From the NCBI GenBank assembly GCA_964488645.1, contig CAZAVK010000002.1:64830-128829 (forward strand): 64,000 bases of DNA, given 5' to 3'. The notes beneath the pieces are model-generated. The model did no database searches. It worked only from the letters and a program-made list of their open reading frames with translations, and had not been told where the DNA came from. Below are positions 19,422 to 28,985 of the stretch, one piece after another (positions within the stretch are counted from its first letter, which is position 1; each line of letters opens with the position of its first letter). Origin of the DNA: an uncultured Rikenella sp. Lineage in GTDB: Bacteria > Bacteroidota > Bacteroidia > Bacteroidales > VadinHA17. Made by a program: the position numbers and the translations under genes.

Positions 19422-20459
19422 TTGAAAAGGGGTTTTAGGCAGACACTGAAGGCAATTCTCTTTCTGGCCCTGGCCGTTTTGTTTCTCTGGCTCTCATTCA
19501 GGGGAGTCAATTTCAGTGAACTCTGGGTCATCATCCGCGATGCCAACTACATCTGGCTGCTGCCCGCCATCATCATGTCACTGCTGAGCTTTGTCATCAG
19601 GGCACGCCGGTGGATACTGCTCATTGAGCCGCTGGGTTACAGCCCTTCACTGGTCAACACCACCCATACCGTCACTGCCGGCTACCTGGCAAACATCATC
19701 TTCCCCAGGCTGGGTGAGGTCTTCAAGTGTGCGGCACTCAGCCGTAAGGAGGATATCCCCTTTGACCGGCTCGTCGGCACCATGCTTATCGAGCGCACCA
19801 TTGATATACTGACTGTGCTGCTGATCCTGGGGATAACCCTTATTGCAGGGGGAACATCCACCGGCAGCTTCCTCTCCGAGAACGTCTTCCAGCCCGCAGA
19901 GCAGAAGCTATCCTCATCATTCGGTTCGGCCTCGTTCTTCACCGTGATCGTGGTGCTGCTTGCAGTCACCGCCATCATAATGTTTTTCCTGTTGCGCCAG
20001 AAGCTGGCTGTCAATCCCTTCTTCAAAAAGATCTACACCTTTTCAAGCGGTCTTCTCTCGGGCCTGAAGAGCATTGCGCGCCTCCGCCGCCGCGGCGAGT
20101 TCCTGCTGCTCACCCTGCTGCTATGGGTCTGCTACTTCTTCATGTCATACTTCCCGCTGCTCTGTCTTGAGTCGACCTCACACCTGGGGCTGGGGGCCAC
20201 CTTCTTCATACTGATCATCGGCAGCTTCGGCATGGCTGCACCCGTGCAGAGCGGCCTTGGCGCCTACCACTGGATCATCTCCCGCGGTATGCTGGTGGCC
20301 TATGCCATCCCCCTCGAGGAGGGGCTTGCCTATGCCACCCTCGAGCATGAGTCACAGCTGATCCTGATTGCCATCGTGGGTGCAATTTCCCTCTTCATAC
20401 TCTTCGGTACCGGGGGCGGAAAGATGCTCTCAAAGGTGGCTACCGAGACGGGTAACTGA
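19422..20459 (+). CDS. Flippase-like / lysylphosphatidylglycerol-synthase TM-region family membrane protein (UPF0104-like)
   Basis: Polytopic membrane protein of about 345 aa. The only in-frame start is the TTG at 19422. The family assignment is from memory. Confidence 0.55.
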   Translation: MKRGFRQTLKAILFLALAVLFLWLSFRGVNFSELWVIIRDANYIWLLPAIIMSLLSFVIRARRWILLIEPLGYSPSLVNTTHTVTAGYLANIIFPRLGEVFKCAALSRKEDIPFDRLVGTMLIERTIDILTVLLILGITLIAGGTSTGSFLSENVFQPAEQKLSSSFGSASFFTVIVVLLAVTAIIMFFLLRQKLAVNPFFKKIYTFSSGLLSGLKSIARLRRRGEFLLLTLLLWVCYFFMSYFPLLCLESTSHLGLGATFFILIIGSFGMAAPVQSGLGAYHWIISRGMLVAYAIPLEEGLAYATLEHESQLILIAIVGAISLFILFGTGGGKMLSKVATETGN

Positions 20460-20500
20460 ACAGCGCCTGCACGGCCGCCACGCTCCTGACTTTCTTTTCT

Positions 20501-20508
20501 TACATTTG
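20501..20508 (+). promoter_or_regulatory. Candidate -7 promoter box (TAnnTTTG)
   Basis: TACATTTG lies 23 nt upstream of the radA ATG. Confidence 0.4.
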
Positions 20509-20531
20509 TCTGTTGCATTATCACCTTTCCC

Positions 20532-21884
20532 ATGGCAAAGAGCAAGTCAGTATATGTATGCCAGAACTGTGGTGCCGAGTCGGCCCGGTGGATCGGCCGC
20601 TGTCCCTCGTGCGGCGAGTGGAACACTTACCGTGAGGAGATCATTGCCCCCGCGGCCCCGTCGAGGGCTGGCACGGGTGCGCCGCACCGGAAGCCCGGCC
20701 TGCTTGACGATATCGCGGTCAATGATGATGAGCGTATCACCACCGGTATCGGCGAGGCCGACCGTATCCTCGGCGGAGGCATGGTACGCGGGTCACTGAT
20801 ACTGCTCGGCGGTGAGCCGGGGATAGGCAAGTCTACCCTGGCACTGCAGATAGCGCTGGCAGTGCCCGGCCGCACCGTCCTCTACGTCTCGGGCGAGGAG
20901 AGCGAAGGGCAGATCAGGCTGCGCGCCGCCCGGCTAAAGAGCCGCAACGACAGGTGCTACATCTACAATGAGACCGAGCCTGAGAGCATCATCACCCAGG
21001 CCGGCAGCCTCAGCCCCGGGCTGCTCATCATCGACTCGATACAGACCCTCAGCACATCACTGCTCGAGTCGTCGGCCGGCTCGGTGACACAGGTGAGGGA
21101 GTGCGCGGCAATGATGCTGCGTTACGCCAAGGAGTCAGGGGTGCCGGTGATACTGATAGGGCACATCACCAAGGATGGCTCCCTGGCCGGCCCCAAGGTG
21201 CTCGAGCATATCGTCGACGTGGTACTGCAGTTCGAGGGTGACAGCAACTACATGTTCCGCATACTGAGGCCGGTCAAGAACCGCTTCGGGTCAACCGCCG
21301 AGATAGGCATCTGGGAGATGAGGTCTGACGGACTGCGTGAGGTGACTGATCCCTCCGGCCTCTTCATACGGCATGATCGCGACCCGGCCAGCGGAGTGAC
21401 CATAGCAGCCACGGTCGACGGGGCACGGCCCTTCCTCATAGAGACACAGTCACTGGTCAGCAGTGCCGTCTACGGCACCCCGCAGCGCAGCTCGACCGGC
21501 TTCGACATACGCCGGCTCAACATGCTGCTGGCGGTGCTGGAGAAGAGGGCCGGGTTCAGGCTGGGGGTGAAGGATGTCTTCCTCAACATAGCGGGCGGAC
21601 TGAAAGTGAGTGACCCGGCCATTGACCTGGCAGTGGCCGCAGCAGTGCTCTCGTCAAACCTCGATGTGCCGGTCAGCCACCATACCGCCTTCGCCGCCGA
21701 GGTGGGCCTCTCGGGAGAGATACGCCCGGTGGCGCGGATCGACCAGCGTATCATGGAGGCTGCACGAATGGGGTTCACGGAGATAGTGGTGTCGGGCTTT
21801 CACCGTGAGCTGCGCGAGGTGCCCGGCATAAAGATCTCAAAGGTCAATAAAATTGAGGGGCTGGTGAAGCTGCTCTTCAGGTGA
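20532..21884 (+). CDS. radA: DNA repair protein RadA
   Basis: Zinc finger CQNCGAESARWIGRCPSCGEW, Walker A GGEPGIGKST, KNRFG motif, and a Lon-like C-terminus. Confidence 0.95.
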   Translation: MAKSKSVYVCQNCGAESARWIGRCPSCGEWNTYREEIIAPAAPSRAGTGAPHRKPGLLDDIAVNDDERITTGIGEADRILGGGMVRGSLILLGGEPGIGKSTLALQIALAVPGRTVLYVSGEESEGQIRLRAARLKSRNDRCYIYNETEPESIITQAGSLSPGLLIIDSIQTLSTSLLESSAGSVTQVRECAAMMLRYAKESGVPVILIGHITKDGSLAGPKVLEHIVDVVLQFEGDSNYMFRILRPVKNRFGSTAEIGIWEMRSDGLREVTDPSGLFIRHDRDPASGVTIAATVDGARPFLIETQSLVSSAVYGTPQRSSTGFDIRRLNMLLAVLEKRAGFRLGVKDVFLNIAGGLKVSDPAIDLAVAAAVLSSNLDVPVSHHTAFAAEVGLSGEIRPVARIDQRIMEAARMGFTEIVVSGFHRELREVPGIKISKVNKIEGLVKLLFR

Positions 21885-21920
21885 GACAGGCGCTCGGGTA
21901 ATGCCGCTCCCCTGAAATGA

Positions 21921-21942
21921 TTTCACCGCGGGTGAGGTGAAA
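21921..21942. terminator. Weak hairpin in the radA / PBP1A convergent junction
   Basis: TTTCACC-gcgggtga-GGTGAAA (7-bp stem). No clear U-tract. Confidence 0.3.
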
Positions 21943-21960
21943 ATCTGTCCCCCCGGAAGA

Positions 21961-24306
21961 TCAGTACTCCCTCGGTCTGACGGGGGTTGCCTTCTGCCCG
22001 CGGTTCACCCTGTCGCAGTCAAGATCAACATTGAATCCCGGCGGGGCCTCGAACACCGTCTCCGCCATAGGTGCAAAAGCGGGGTCAGCAAACAGCTTCT
22101 GCAGGAAGAGCCCGAATACCGGCAGTGCCATATTGGCTCCCTGGCCCAGCGACAGGTCCTCGAAATGGATCGCCTGATCCTCCCAGCCGGTCCATACGCC
22201 GGCCACCAGGTCAGGCATCACTCCCATATACCAGCCGCTGGCATGGTTCTGTGTGGTGCCGGTCTTGCCTCCCATCTGGTTCAGCAGCTTATAGGTGAGC
22301 CTCAGCCTCACCGCCGTTCCGTTTGTAACAACCCCCTGCAGCAGTGAGGTCATCAGGTAGGCATCCTCCTCACTGATCACCTCGTCAATGAAGGGGGTGA
22401 AGGTGGAGATGACGTTGCCGTTGCGGTCTTCAATACGGGTGACATAGAGCGGACGTGTATAGACACCCTTGTTGGCGAAGGTACCGTACGCACCCACCAT
22501 CTCCTCAACCGAGAGGTCAGAGGTGCCCAGGAAGATCGAGTAGACCGGATCGATGAAGCTGCGTATGCCCATACGGTGCATCAGGTCAACCACCGCCTGT
22601 GGCGAGAACTGCTTCATCAGCCAGGCTGAGATATAGTTTTCAGACTGTGCCAGGCCCCACTTGAGGGTAACCATCTGTCCATGATATTCAGCCGGCCCCG
22701 AGCTCCTCGGTATCCACGGCACGGAGTCATGCGGCAGTTCAAATGAGCGGGCAATGTTTTCAACCTCAAAGCATGGCGAGTAGCCATCCTGCATGGCCAG
22801 TGTGTACAGGAAGGGCTTGATGGTTGACCCTACCTGTTTCTTCTGCTGGGTGACCGCATCATACTTGAAATACCTGAAGTCGGGCCCGCCGATATAGACC
22901 TTCACATAGCCGGTATGGGGATCCATGGCCATGAATGATGATCTGACGAAAAACTTGTAGTACCTGATCGAGTCGAGCGGCGTCATCACGGTATCTATCT
23001 CGCCCCCCCATGAGAAGAGCTTCATAGGCAACGGCGTGTTGAACGCCAGCGCGATGGAGTCTTCGGGTATCCCGGCCCGCCTCATCGCCTGGTAGCGGTC
23101 ACTCTGTCTGACCGACCTCTCCATGATCTGTTTCACCTGCGCCTGGGTGAGGTCATTCGAGTAGGGCGGGTTGCGGTAGGTACGTGCCCTCTTGTCAAAG
23201 ACCGGCTGCAGGTTCTTCGAGAGGTGTTCAACCAGTGCCTCCTCGGCATAGGTCTGCATCCTGGAGTCGAGCGTGGTATAGATACGCAGGCCGTCACGGT
23301 AGAGGTTATATGGTGAACCGTCAGGCTTGGTATTCTTGTTGCACCACCCGTAGAGCGGGTCATTCTGCCAGCGCCACACCGCATCCTCATACTGGCTGTC
23401 GGAATAGAACCAGTTTCGCTGCGGCTCGCGGCTGTTCATGGCTGACCTCAGGTACTCCCTGAAATAGGTTGCCGGTCCGGTGTTGTGGCTGTCCTCCCGC
23501 AGGTCGAGCCCAATCGGCAGCTTCCTCACCGAATCGGCCACGCTGCGCGGCAGATATCCGTAGCGCTCCATCTGGCTGATGACCACATTACGCCGCTTCA
23601 GCGCCCCCTCCTCATTGCGGAGCGGGTTATAGGCCACCGAGTTCTTCAGCATACCCACCAGCATGGCCGACTGCTCTATGGTGAGCGAATCGGGAGTGGT
23701 ATTGAAGTAGATGCGTGCGGCCGAGTTGATGCCCACGGCATTGTAGATGAAGTCAAAGACGTTGAGATACATGGTTATGATCTCCTCCTTGGTGTAGCTG
23801 CGCTCAAGCTTCACCGCCGTCTGCCACTCCTTGAACTTGGCCACAGCCAGCTTGACTGAACGCACTATGGCAGGGTCATTCGAGAGGTCCCTGGGAAGGA
23901 AGAGGTTCTTTGCCAGCTGCTGGGTGATGGTGCTGCCACCGCCGGTGCTCTTGCCCATCATGATGGTCTTGAAGAGCACCCTGGCCAGGCTGCGGAAGTC
24001 AATGCCCGAGTGACGGTAGAACCTTATGTCCTCAGTGGCGATGAGGGCATCTATGACATAGGGAGAGATATCCTCATACTCGGCCCAGGTGCGGTTCTGT
24101 ATGTAGAACTTGCCGAGCAGCACATTATCGTCAGAATAGATCTCGGCAGCCAGGCTGTTGTCAGGGTTCTCAAGCTCCTCGAATGAGGGTATCGGCCCCA
24201 GCTTCTGGGCGGAAATAAGGATAAAGAGTACCGCCAGCAGCAGTGCCGGTGAGGTTATGATAACCCAGAACCAGATCACATTTTTCCGGAATTTCTTTTC
24301 AGCCAT
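21961..24306 (-). CDS. mrcA: Penicillin-binding protein 1A (bifunctional transglycosylase/transpeptidase)
   Basis: GT51 motifs ATEDIRFYRHSGID and GGSTITQQLAKN. Transpeptidase motifs GSTIKPF, SEN and KTGTT. Confidence 0.9.
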   Translation of the reverse strand: MAEKKFRKNVIWFWVIITSPALLLAVLFILISAQKLGPIPSFEELENPDNSLAAEIYSDDNVLLGKFYIQNRTWAEYEDISPYVIDALIATEDIRFYRHSGIDFRSLARVLFKTIMMGKSTGGGSTITQQLAKNLFLPRDLSNDPAIVRSVKLAVAKFKEWQTAVKLERSYTKEEIITMYLNVFDFIYNAVGINSAARIYFNTTPDSLTIEQSAMLVGMLKNSVAYNPLRNEEGALKRRNVVISQMERYGYLPRSVADSVRKLPIGLDLREDSHNTGPATYFREYLRSAMNSREPQRNWFYSDSQYEDAVWRWQNDPLYGWCNKNTKPDGSPYNLYRDGLRIYTTLDSRMQTYAEEALVEHLSKNLQPVFDKRARTYRNPPYSNDLTQAQVKQIMERSVRQSDRYQAMRRAGIPEDSIALAFNTPLPMKLFSWGGEIDTVMTPLDSIRYYKFFVRSSFMAMDPHTGYVKVYIGGPDFRYFKYDAVTQQKKQVGSTIKPFLYTLAMQDGYSPCFEVENIARSFELPHDSVPWIPRSSGPAEYHGQMVTLKWGLAQSENYISAWLMKQFSPQAVVDLMHRMGIRSFIDPVYSIFLGTSDLSVEEMVGAYGTFANKGVYTRPLYVTRIEDRNGNVISTFTPFIDEVISEEDAYLMTSLLQGVVTNGTAVRLRLTYKLLNQMGGKTGTTQNHASGWYMGVMPDLVAGVWTGWEDQAIHFEDLSLGQGANMALPVFGLFLQKLFADPAFAPMAETVFEAPPGFNVDLDCDRVNRGQKATPVRPREY

Positions 24307-24417
24307 GATAGCCTCATTGTAAGGCCGCTAATTTACGACAAAAGGAGAAATTTCAGCAATAATTTTGAAGATAGCGCCCTTATTCATTTACTTTGCCCTG
24401 TTTTTAAAAAATCTCTG

Positions 24418-26730
24418 ATGGCTGATAATCTGGTTATAGTTGAATCACCTGCCAAGGCTAAAACGATAGAGAAGTTTCTGGGGAAGGGATATACCGTGGT
24501 CTCCAGTTTTGGTCATATCCGTGACCTTGTCAGGAATAACCTGGGGGTTGAGGTTGACAAGGGTTTTGCTCCTGTCTATGAGGTGCCTGAGGAAAAGAAG
24601 AAGGTTGTTGCCGAGCTTCGCAAGCTGGCCTCGCAGGCCGGTACGGTATGGATCGCCTCAGATGAGGACCGCGAGGGTGAGGCCATTGCATGGCATCTCA
24701 TCTCTGTTCTGGGTCTTGATCCGGCAGCCACCCGCCGCATAGTGTTTCATGAGATAACCAAAGATGCCATCACCCGTGCCGTTGAGTCGCCCCGCCAGGT
24801 TGACATGAACCTGGTCAATGCGCAGCAGGCCCGCCGCATACTTGACCGGCTGGTGGGGTTCGAGCTCTCCCCGGTGCTCTGGAAGAAGGTTCAGCCCTCT
24901 CTCTCTGCCGGCAGGGTGCAGTCGGTGGCTGTCAGGCTGCTGGTTGACCGCGAGCGTGAGATCATCGCCTTCACGGCCGACTCGGCCTACCGTATCACCG
25001 GCCTCTTCACCGGCACCAACAGCGAGGGCACCCCGGTCACCCTCAGGGCCGAGTGCCCGAAGAAGTTCAGTACCGAGGCTGAGGCGCGTGCCTTCCTTGA
25101 GAAGTGCAGTACCGCCGCCTTCTCGGTAGAGAATATCAGTGTGAGGTCAGGCACCCGTTCGCCGGCGCCTCCCTTCATCACCTCCACCCTGCAGCAGGAG
25201 GCCTACCGCAAGCTGGGCTTCTCAGTCTCCCAGACCATGTCTGTGGCACAGAAGCTCTACGAGGCCGGACGGATCACCTATATGCGTACCGACTCCACCA
25301 ACCTCTCCATGCTGGCACTCAACACAGCCAGGGAGGTGATCACCCGTGAGTATGGCAGCAGCTATTCGCGCACGAGGCAGTTCAGGTCACACTCACCGGG
25401 TGCCCAGGAGGCCCATGAGGCTATCAGGCCCACCTACTTCGACAAGAAGGAGGTCCCCGGCACGGCCAATGAGAAGAGGCTCTATGAGCTTATCTGGCGC
25501 AGGGCGATAGCCTCGCAGATGGCTGATGCACAGGTTGAGAAAACCACCATCACCATCGCCGTGTCTGATTCGCCAGTCAGCTTCACCGCCACCGGAGAGG
25601 TGGTCCTCTTTGACGGCTTCCTGAAGGTTTACACCGAGTCTACTGACCGCAGCGACGACGAGAAGACCATTCTGCCCCGCGTTGACCGCGGCATGGGGCT
25701 GACCTATGACACCATCACCGCCCTGCAGCATTTCACCTCCCCGCCTCCGCGCTACACCGAAGCCAGCCTGGTGAAGAAGCTGGAAGAGCTGGGTATAGGC
25801 AGGCCCTCAACCTATGCACCCATCATATCAACCATACAGTCGCGCGGATATGTGGCACGCGAAGACCGGCCGGGGGTGAAGAGAGGGATAACGGAGCTGA
25901 AGCTGCGGTCGGGGAAGATAACCCGGGCTGAGAAGAGCGAGACCGCCGGGAAGGAGAAAGCCAAGCTCTTCCCGAAAGACATAGGAATGATTGTCAATGA
26001 CTTCCTCATTGAAAATTTCCCTGACATACTCGACTATAACTTCACCGCCGGGGTTGAGAAGGAGTTTGATGATATTGCCGCCGGCGAGATGCGGTGGGAT
26101 GAGATGATCTCATCCTTTTACGGGCCATTCCGCAGGAGCGTTGACGAGTCGCTCTCGCGTAAAGCGCGTACGGGAGCGGCCCGTCAGCTGGGCATTGACC
26201 CTGCCACCGGCCTCCCGGTGCTGGTGAAGATGGGCAAGTACGGCCCCGTGGTACAGCTCGGAGAGGCCTCAGGAGACCAGAAGCCGCGGTTCGCCTCCCT
26301 CAGGCGCGACCAGCTCCTGGAGACCATCACCCTTGAAGAGGCGCTGGCGCTGTTTAACCTGCCACGGGTGATCGGCACCTGGGAGAATGAGGAGATGACG
26401 GTGGGAATAGGCCGGTTCGGACCATATGTAAGGCATGCCGGTAAGTTCTACTCACTGAAGAGGGGAGTTGATGACCCCTATACCATCACCGAGGAGCGTG
26501 CCATTGAGCTGATAAGGGAGAAGCTGGAGAGTGACCAGAAAAAGGTGATCAGCGAGTTTGATGACCTGAAGGTTCTCAATGGCCGGTTCGGTCCGTACAT
26601 TGCCTATAAAGATGCCAACTACCGGATACCGCGCGGTACCGATCCCGAAAAGCTTACACGCGATGAGTGCCTTGAGTTGGTGAAGAAGTCTGCCGCCGGC
26701 AAGGGCAGCCGCAGCCGGAAGAAAAAGTGA
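24418..26730 (+). CDS. topA: DNA topoisomerase I
   Basis: Toprim motifs LVIVESPAKAKTIEKFLG and SDEDREGEAIAWH. Active-site region ITYMRTDS. Confidence 0.95.
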   Translation: MADNLVIVESPAKAKTIEKFLGKGYTVVSSFGHIRDLVRNNLGVEVDKGFAPVYEVPEEKKKVVAELRKLASQAGTVWIASDEDREGEAIAWHLISVLGLDPAATRRIVFHEITKDAITRAVESPRQVDMNLVNAQQARRILDRLVGFELSPVLWKKVQPSLSAGRVQSVAVRLLVDREREIIAFTADSAYRITGLFTGTNSEGTPVTLRAECPKKFSTEAEARAFLEKCSTAAFSVENISVRSGTRSPAPPFITSTLQQEAYRKLGFSVSQTMSVAQKLYEAGRITYMRTDSTNLSMLALNTAREVITREYGSSYSRTRQFRSHSPGAQEAHEAIRPTYFDKKEVPGTANEKRLYELIWRRAIASQMADAQVEKTTITIAVSDSPVSFTATGEVVLFDGFLKVYTESTDRSDDEKTILPRVDRGMGLTYDTITALQHFTSPPPRYTEASLVKKLEELGIGRPSTYAPIISTIQSRGYVAREDRPGVKRGITELKLRSGKITRAEKSETAGKEKAKLFPKDIGMIVNDFLIENFPDILDYNFTAGVEKEFDDIAAGEMRWDEMISSFYGPFRRSVDESLSRKARTGAARQLGIDPATGLPVLVKMGKYGPVVQLGEASGDQKPRFASLRRDQLLETITLEEALALFNLPRVIGTWENEEMTVGIGRFGPYVRHAGKFYSLKRGVDDPYTITEERAIELIREKLESDQKKVISEFDDLKVLNGRFGPYIAYKDANYRIPRGTDPEKLTRDECLELVKKSAAGKGSRSRKKK

Positions 26731-26742
26731 CAACCCGATAAG

Positions 26743-27912
26743 ATGACCGAACTGCATCACTACTTTGACCCTGTATCTCTTGACCGGCCTGAGACCGAGA
26801 CGCTGACAGGGTCTGCCGCATTTCCCGCCAATGTGACAATCAATACCGGCAATGAGCCTGCCATTGATCTCAGCGGCTTCTCCCTGGCCATCATCGGTGT
26901 GCCTGATGGCCGCTCATCACCCAACAGCGGTGCTGCCGGGGCGCCTGATGCCATCAGGCGTTGCCTCTACTCCTTTTCCAGGCTGCCCGGCAGGCTGAAG
27001 ATTGCTGACCTGGGCAACTTCCGCCCCGGAGCATCCTTCAGTGACACCCTCTCAGGCCTGAATGACGTGCTGCAGAGGCTCCTCTCACTGAAGGTCGTCC
27101 CGGTAATCATCGGCGGTACCAGCGCACTGATGCCTGCCATCGACCGCGCCCTCTCGGCAGGCAGGGAGAAGTGGTCTCTCGTCTCGGTTGACTCACGAAT
27201 TGACTTCACCGCTGAGAAGAGAAGCCCCGGCTCGCTGAACTGGATGAATGAACTGATTTACCGCAGCGGCAGTTGTCTGTCACACCTCTCGGCCATCGGT
27301 CATCAGACCTACCTCACTGACCACCAGGTGATCAACCGGTTCAACCGCAGGCACTATGACATGATGCGCATTGGTGAGGTGCGTGCCGCCATCCATGAGA
27401 CCGAACCCCTCTTCCGTGATGCCAGCGCAGCACTCTTTGATATCGGCGCAGTGAGGGAGTCTGACGCTCCGGGGACCATCCTCCCTTCTGCCAACGGCTT
27501 CTACGGTGAGGAGGTGTGCCTGCTTGCCAGGTATGCCGGACTCTCTGACAACCTGAAGGTTTTTGCCCTGACAGAGGTGAGTCCTCTGCTTGACAACCGC
27601 ACCCAGACCTCCCACCTGGCTGCCCAGATGATCTGGTTCTTCCTTGAAGGATTCGCACAGAAGCAGTACGAGGTCGCACTGCTCAATGACCAGACCTCAA
27701 GCCGGTTCACCCGCTACCATGTGACACTGAGTGATCTTGAGAGTGAGGCCATCTTCATCAAGAGCAACCTCACCGACCGCTGGTGGATTGAGGTACGGAA
27801 CAGTGACGGCGTGCCCTGTCATGTGGCCTGTTCATATGATGATTACCTGAGTGCCAACCGCGACCAGGTACCTTACCGCTGGAGCCGGGCAATGCTCAGG
27901 TTCGGGCACTGA
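26743..27912 (+). CDS. Arginase/formiminoglutamase-fold protein, probably non-catalytic, with an extra C-terminal region of about 90 aa
   Basis: LAIIGVPDGRSSPNSGAAGAPDAIR and FALTEVSPLLDN fit the ureohydrolase fold. The ligand motifs read GGTSA (instead of GGDHS), VDSRID (instead of DAHxD) and FDIG (instead of SxDxD). Confidence 0.7.
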   Translation: MTELHHYFDPVSLDRPETETLTGSAAFPANVTINTGNEPAIDLSGFSLAIIGVPDGRSSPNSGAAGAPDAIRRCLYSFSRLPGRLKIADLGNFRPGASFSDTLSGLNDVLQRLLSLKVVPVIIGGTSALMPAIDRALSAGREKWSLVSVDSRIDFTAEKRSPGSLNWMNELIYRSGSCLSHLSAIGHQTYLTDHQVINRFNRRHYDMMRIGEVRAAIHETEPLFRDASAALFDIGAVRESDAPGTILPSANGFYGEEVCLLARYAGLSDNLKVFALTEVSPLLDNRTQTSHLAAQMIWFFLEGFAQKQYEVALLNDQTSSRFTRYHVTLSDLESEAIFIKSNLTDRWWIEVRNSDGVPCHVACSYDDYLSANRDQVPYRWSRAMLRFGH

Positions 27913-27992
27913 ATTTGGCCCTCTTTTTGTGGCATGTATATTTTTTTACTTATTTTACCCGTTTATTGCTGGCTCATCAAGGCATACCGGAA

Positions 27993-28937
27993 ATGAAGAC
28001 AAGAGCGCTGCTTCTCATTGCACTGATCATCCCTGCCGGGGTTCTGTCCGGTCAGCAGGATCCGGTACTGAGCCATCATATGTTCAATCAGCAGTCATAC
28101 AACCCCGGTCAGACCGGCATGTCGGGCATGATCACCGCCACGGCCCTCACCCGCCAGCAGTGGGTGGGTTTTCCGGGCGCTCCCTCAACAATGCTCTTCA
28201 GTGCCAGCACTCCGCTGAACCTCTTCGGCATGCGCAGTGGTGCCGGCATGACGGTTGAAGCCGACCGGTACGGGTACAGCAGTGACATTGATATCACCCT
28301 CTCCTACTCGGGTCATTTCGCCATCGGTACAGGTACCCTCGGAGGGGGCATCAGTGCCGGTGTGCTCAACAAAACCATCAAGCCCGAGTGGTTCATCCCC
28401 GGCGGGCCGGGGCATACCCCTCCGTCAGGCGACCCGCTCATCCCCGAGAGCAATGAGTCATTCCTTGCGCTTGACCTCTCCGCAGGCCTCTTCTACCAGG
28501 GGCTCAACTATTATGCAGGGCTCTCGGTAACACACCTGAACCAGCCGAAGATCAAATATTCAGAGACGGCTACCTTCGTCAGCCGCCAGTATTACCTCAC
28601 CGCCGGATACTACCTTCAGCTCCCCAATCCTGCCCTGGAACTCATACCCTCAGTTTTTATCGTAAATGATGGGGCTGCCACACAATATTTAGCGACAGCC
28701 ATTGTTAGATACAATAAAAAGCTATGGGGCGGCGTTTCTTACAGGCTAAGTGACGCAGTCACAGGGCTGGCAGGCATAGAACTATACAATGGCCTACAAA
28801 TTGGATATGCATACGACTTCCCGATATCGGAGATCAGGAAAGGAACCAGCGGCTCCCACGAATTCGTTGTTTCCTACAGCTTTGATCTCAGCCTCGGGAA
28901 GAGCGTTACCAGGTACAAGAGCATCCGCTTCCTGTAA
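27993..28937 (+). CDS. porP: Type IX secretion system membrane protein, PorP/SprF family
   Basis: Signal peptide followed by QQDPVLSHHMFNQQSYNPGQTG, the family-typical N-terminus. It lies immediately upstream of gldK. I prefer the ATG at 27993. Confidence 0.85.
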   Translation: MKTRALLLIALIIPAGVLSGQQDPVLSHHMFNQQSYNPGQTGMSGMITATALTRQQWVGFPGAPSTMLFSASTPLNLFGMRSGAGMTVEADRYGYSSDIDITLSYSGHFAIGTGTLGGGISAGVLNKTIKPEWFIPGGPGHTPPSGDPLIPESNESFLALDLSAGLFYQGLNYYAGLSVTHLNQPKIKYSETATFVSRQYYLTAGYYLQLPNPALELIPSVFIVNDGAATQYLATAIVRYNKKLWGGVSYRLSDAVTGLAGIELYNGLQIGYAYDFPISEIRKGTSGSHEFVVSYSFDLSLGKSVTRYKSIRFL

Positions 28938-28985
28938 TGGGGAGAATGAATTTGAATTTACTTGCATCTTTAAATTAATGAGTAT

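Noticed and set aside
27930-27946. Sigma-54-like element TGGCATgtataTTTT upstream of porP (rpoN is in the window).
   Set aside because: The -24 GG is present, but the -12 GC dinucleotide is missing at the required GG-N10-GC spacing. Other TGGCAC occurrences (3465, 8886, 20837, 25318, 45001) also lack a correctly spaced TTGC.
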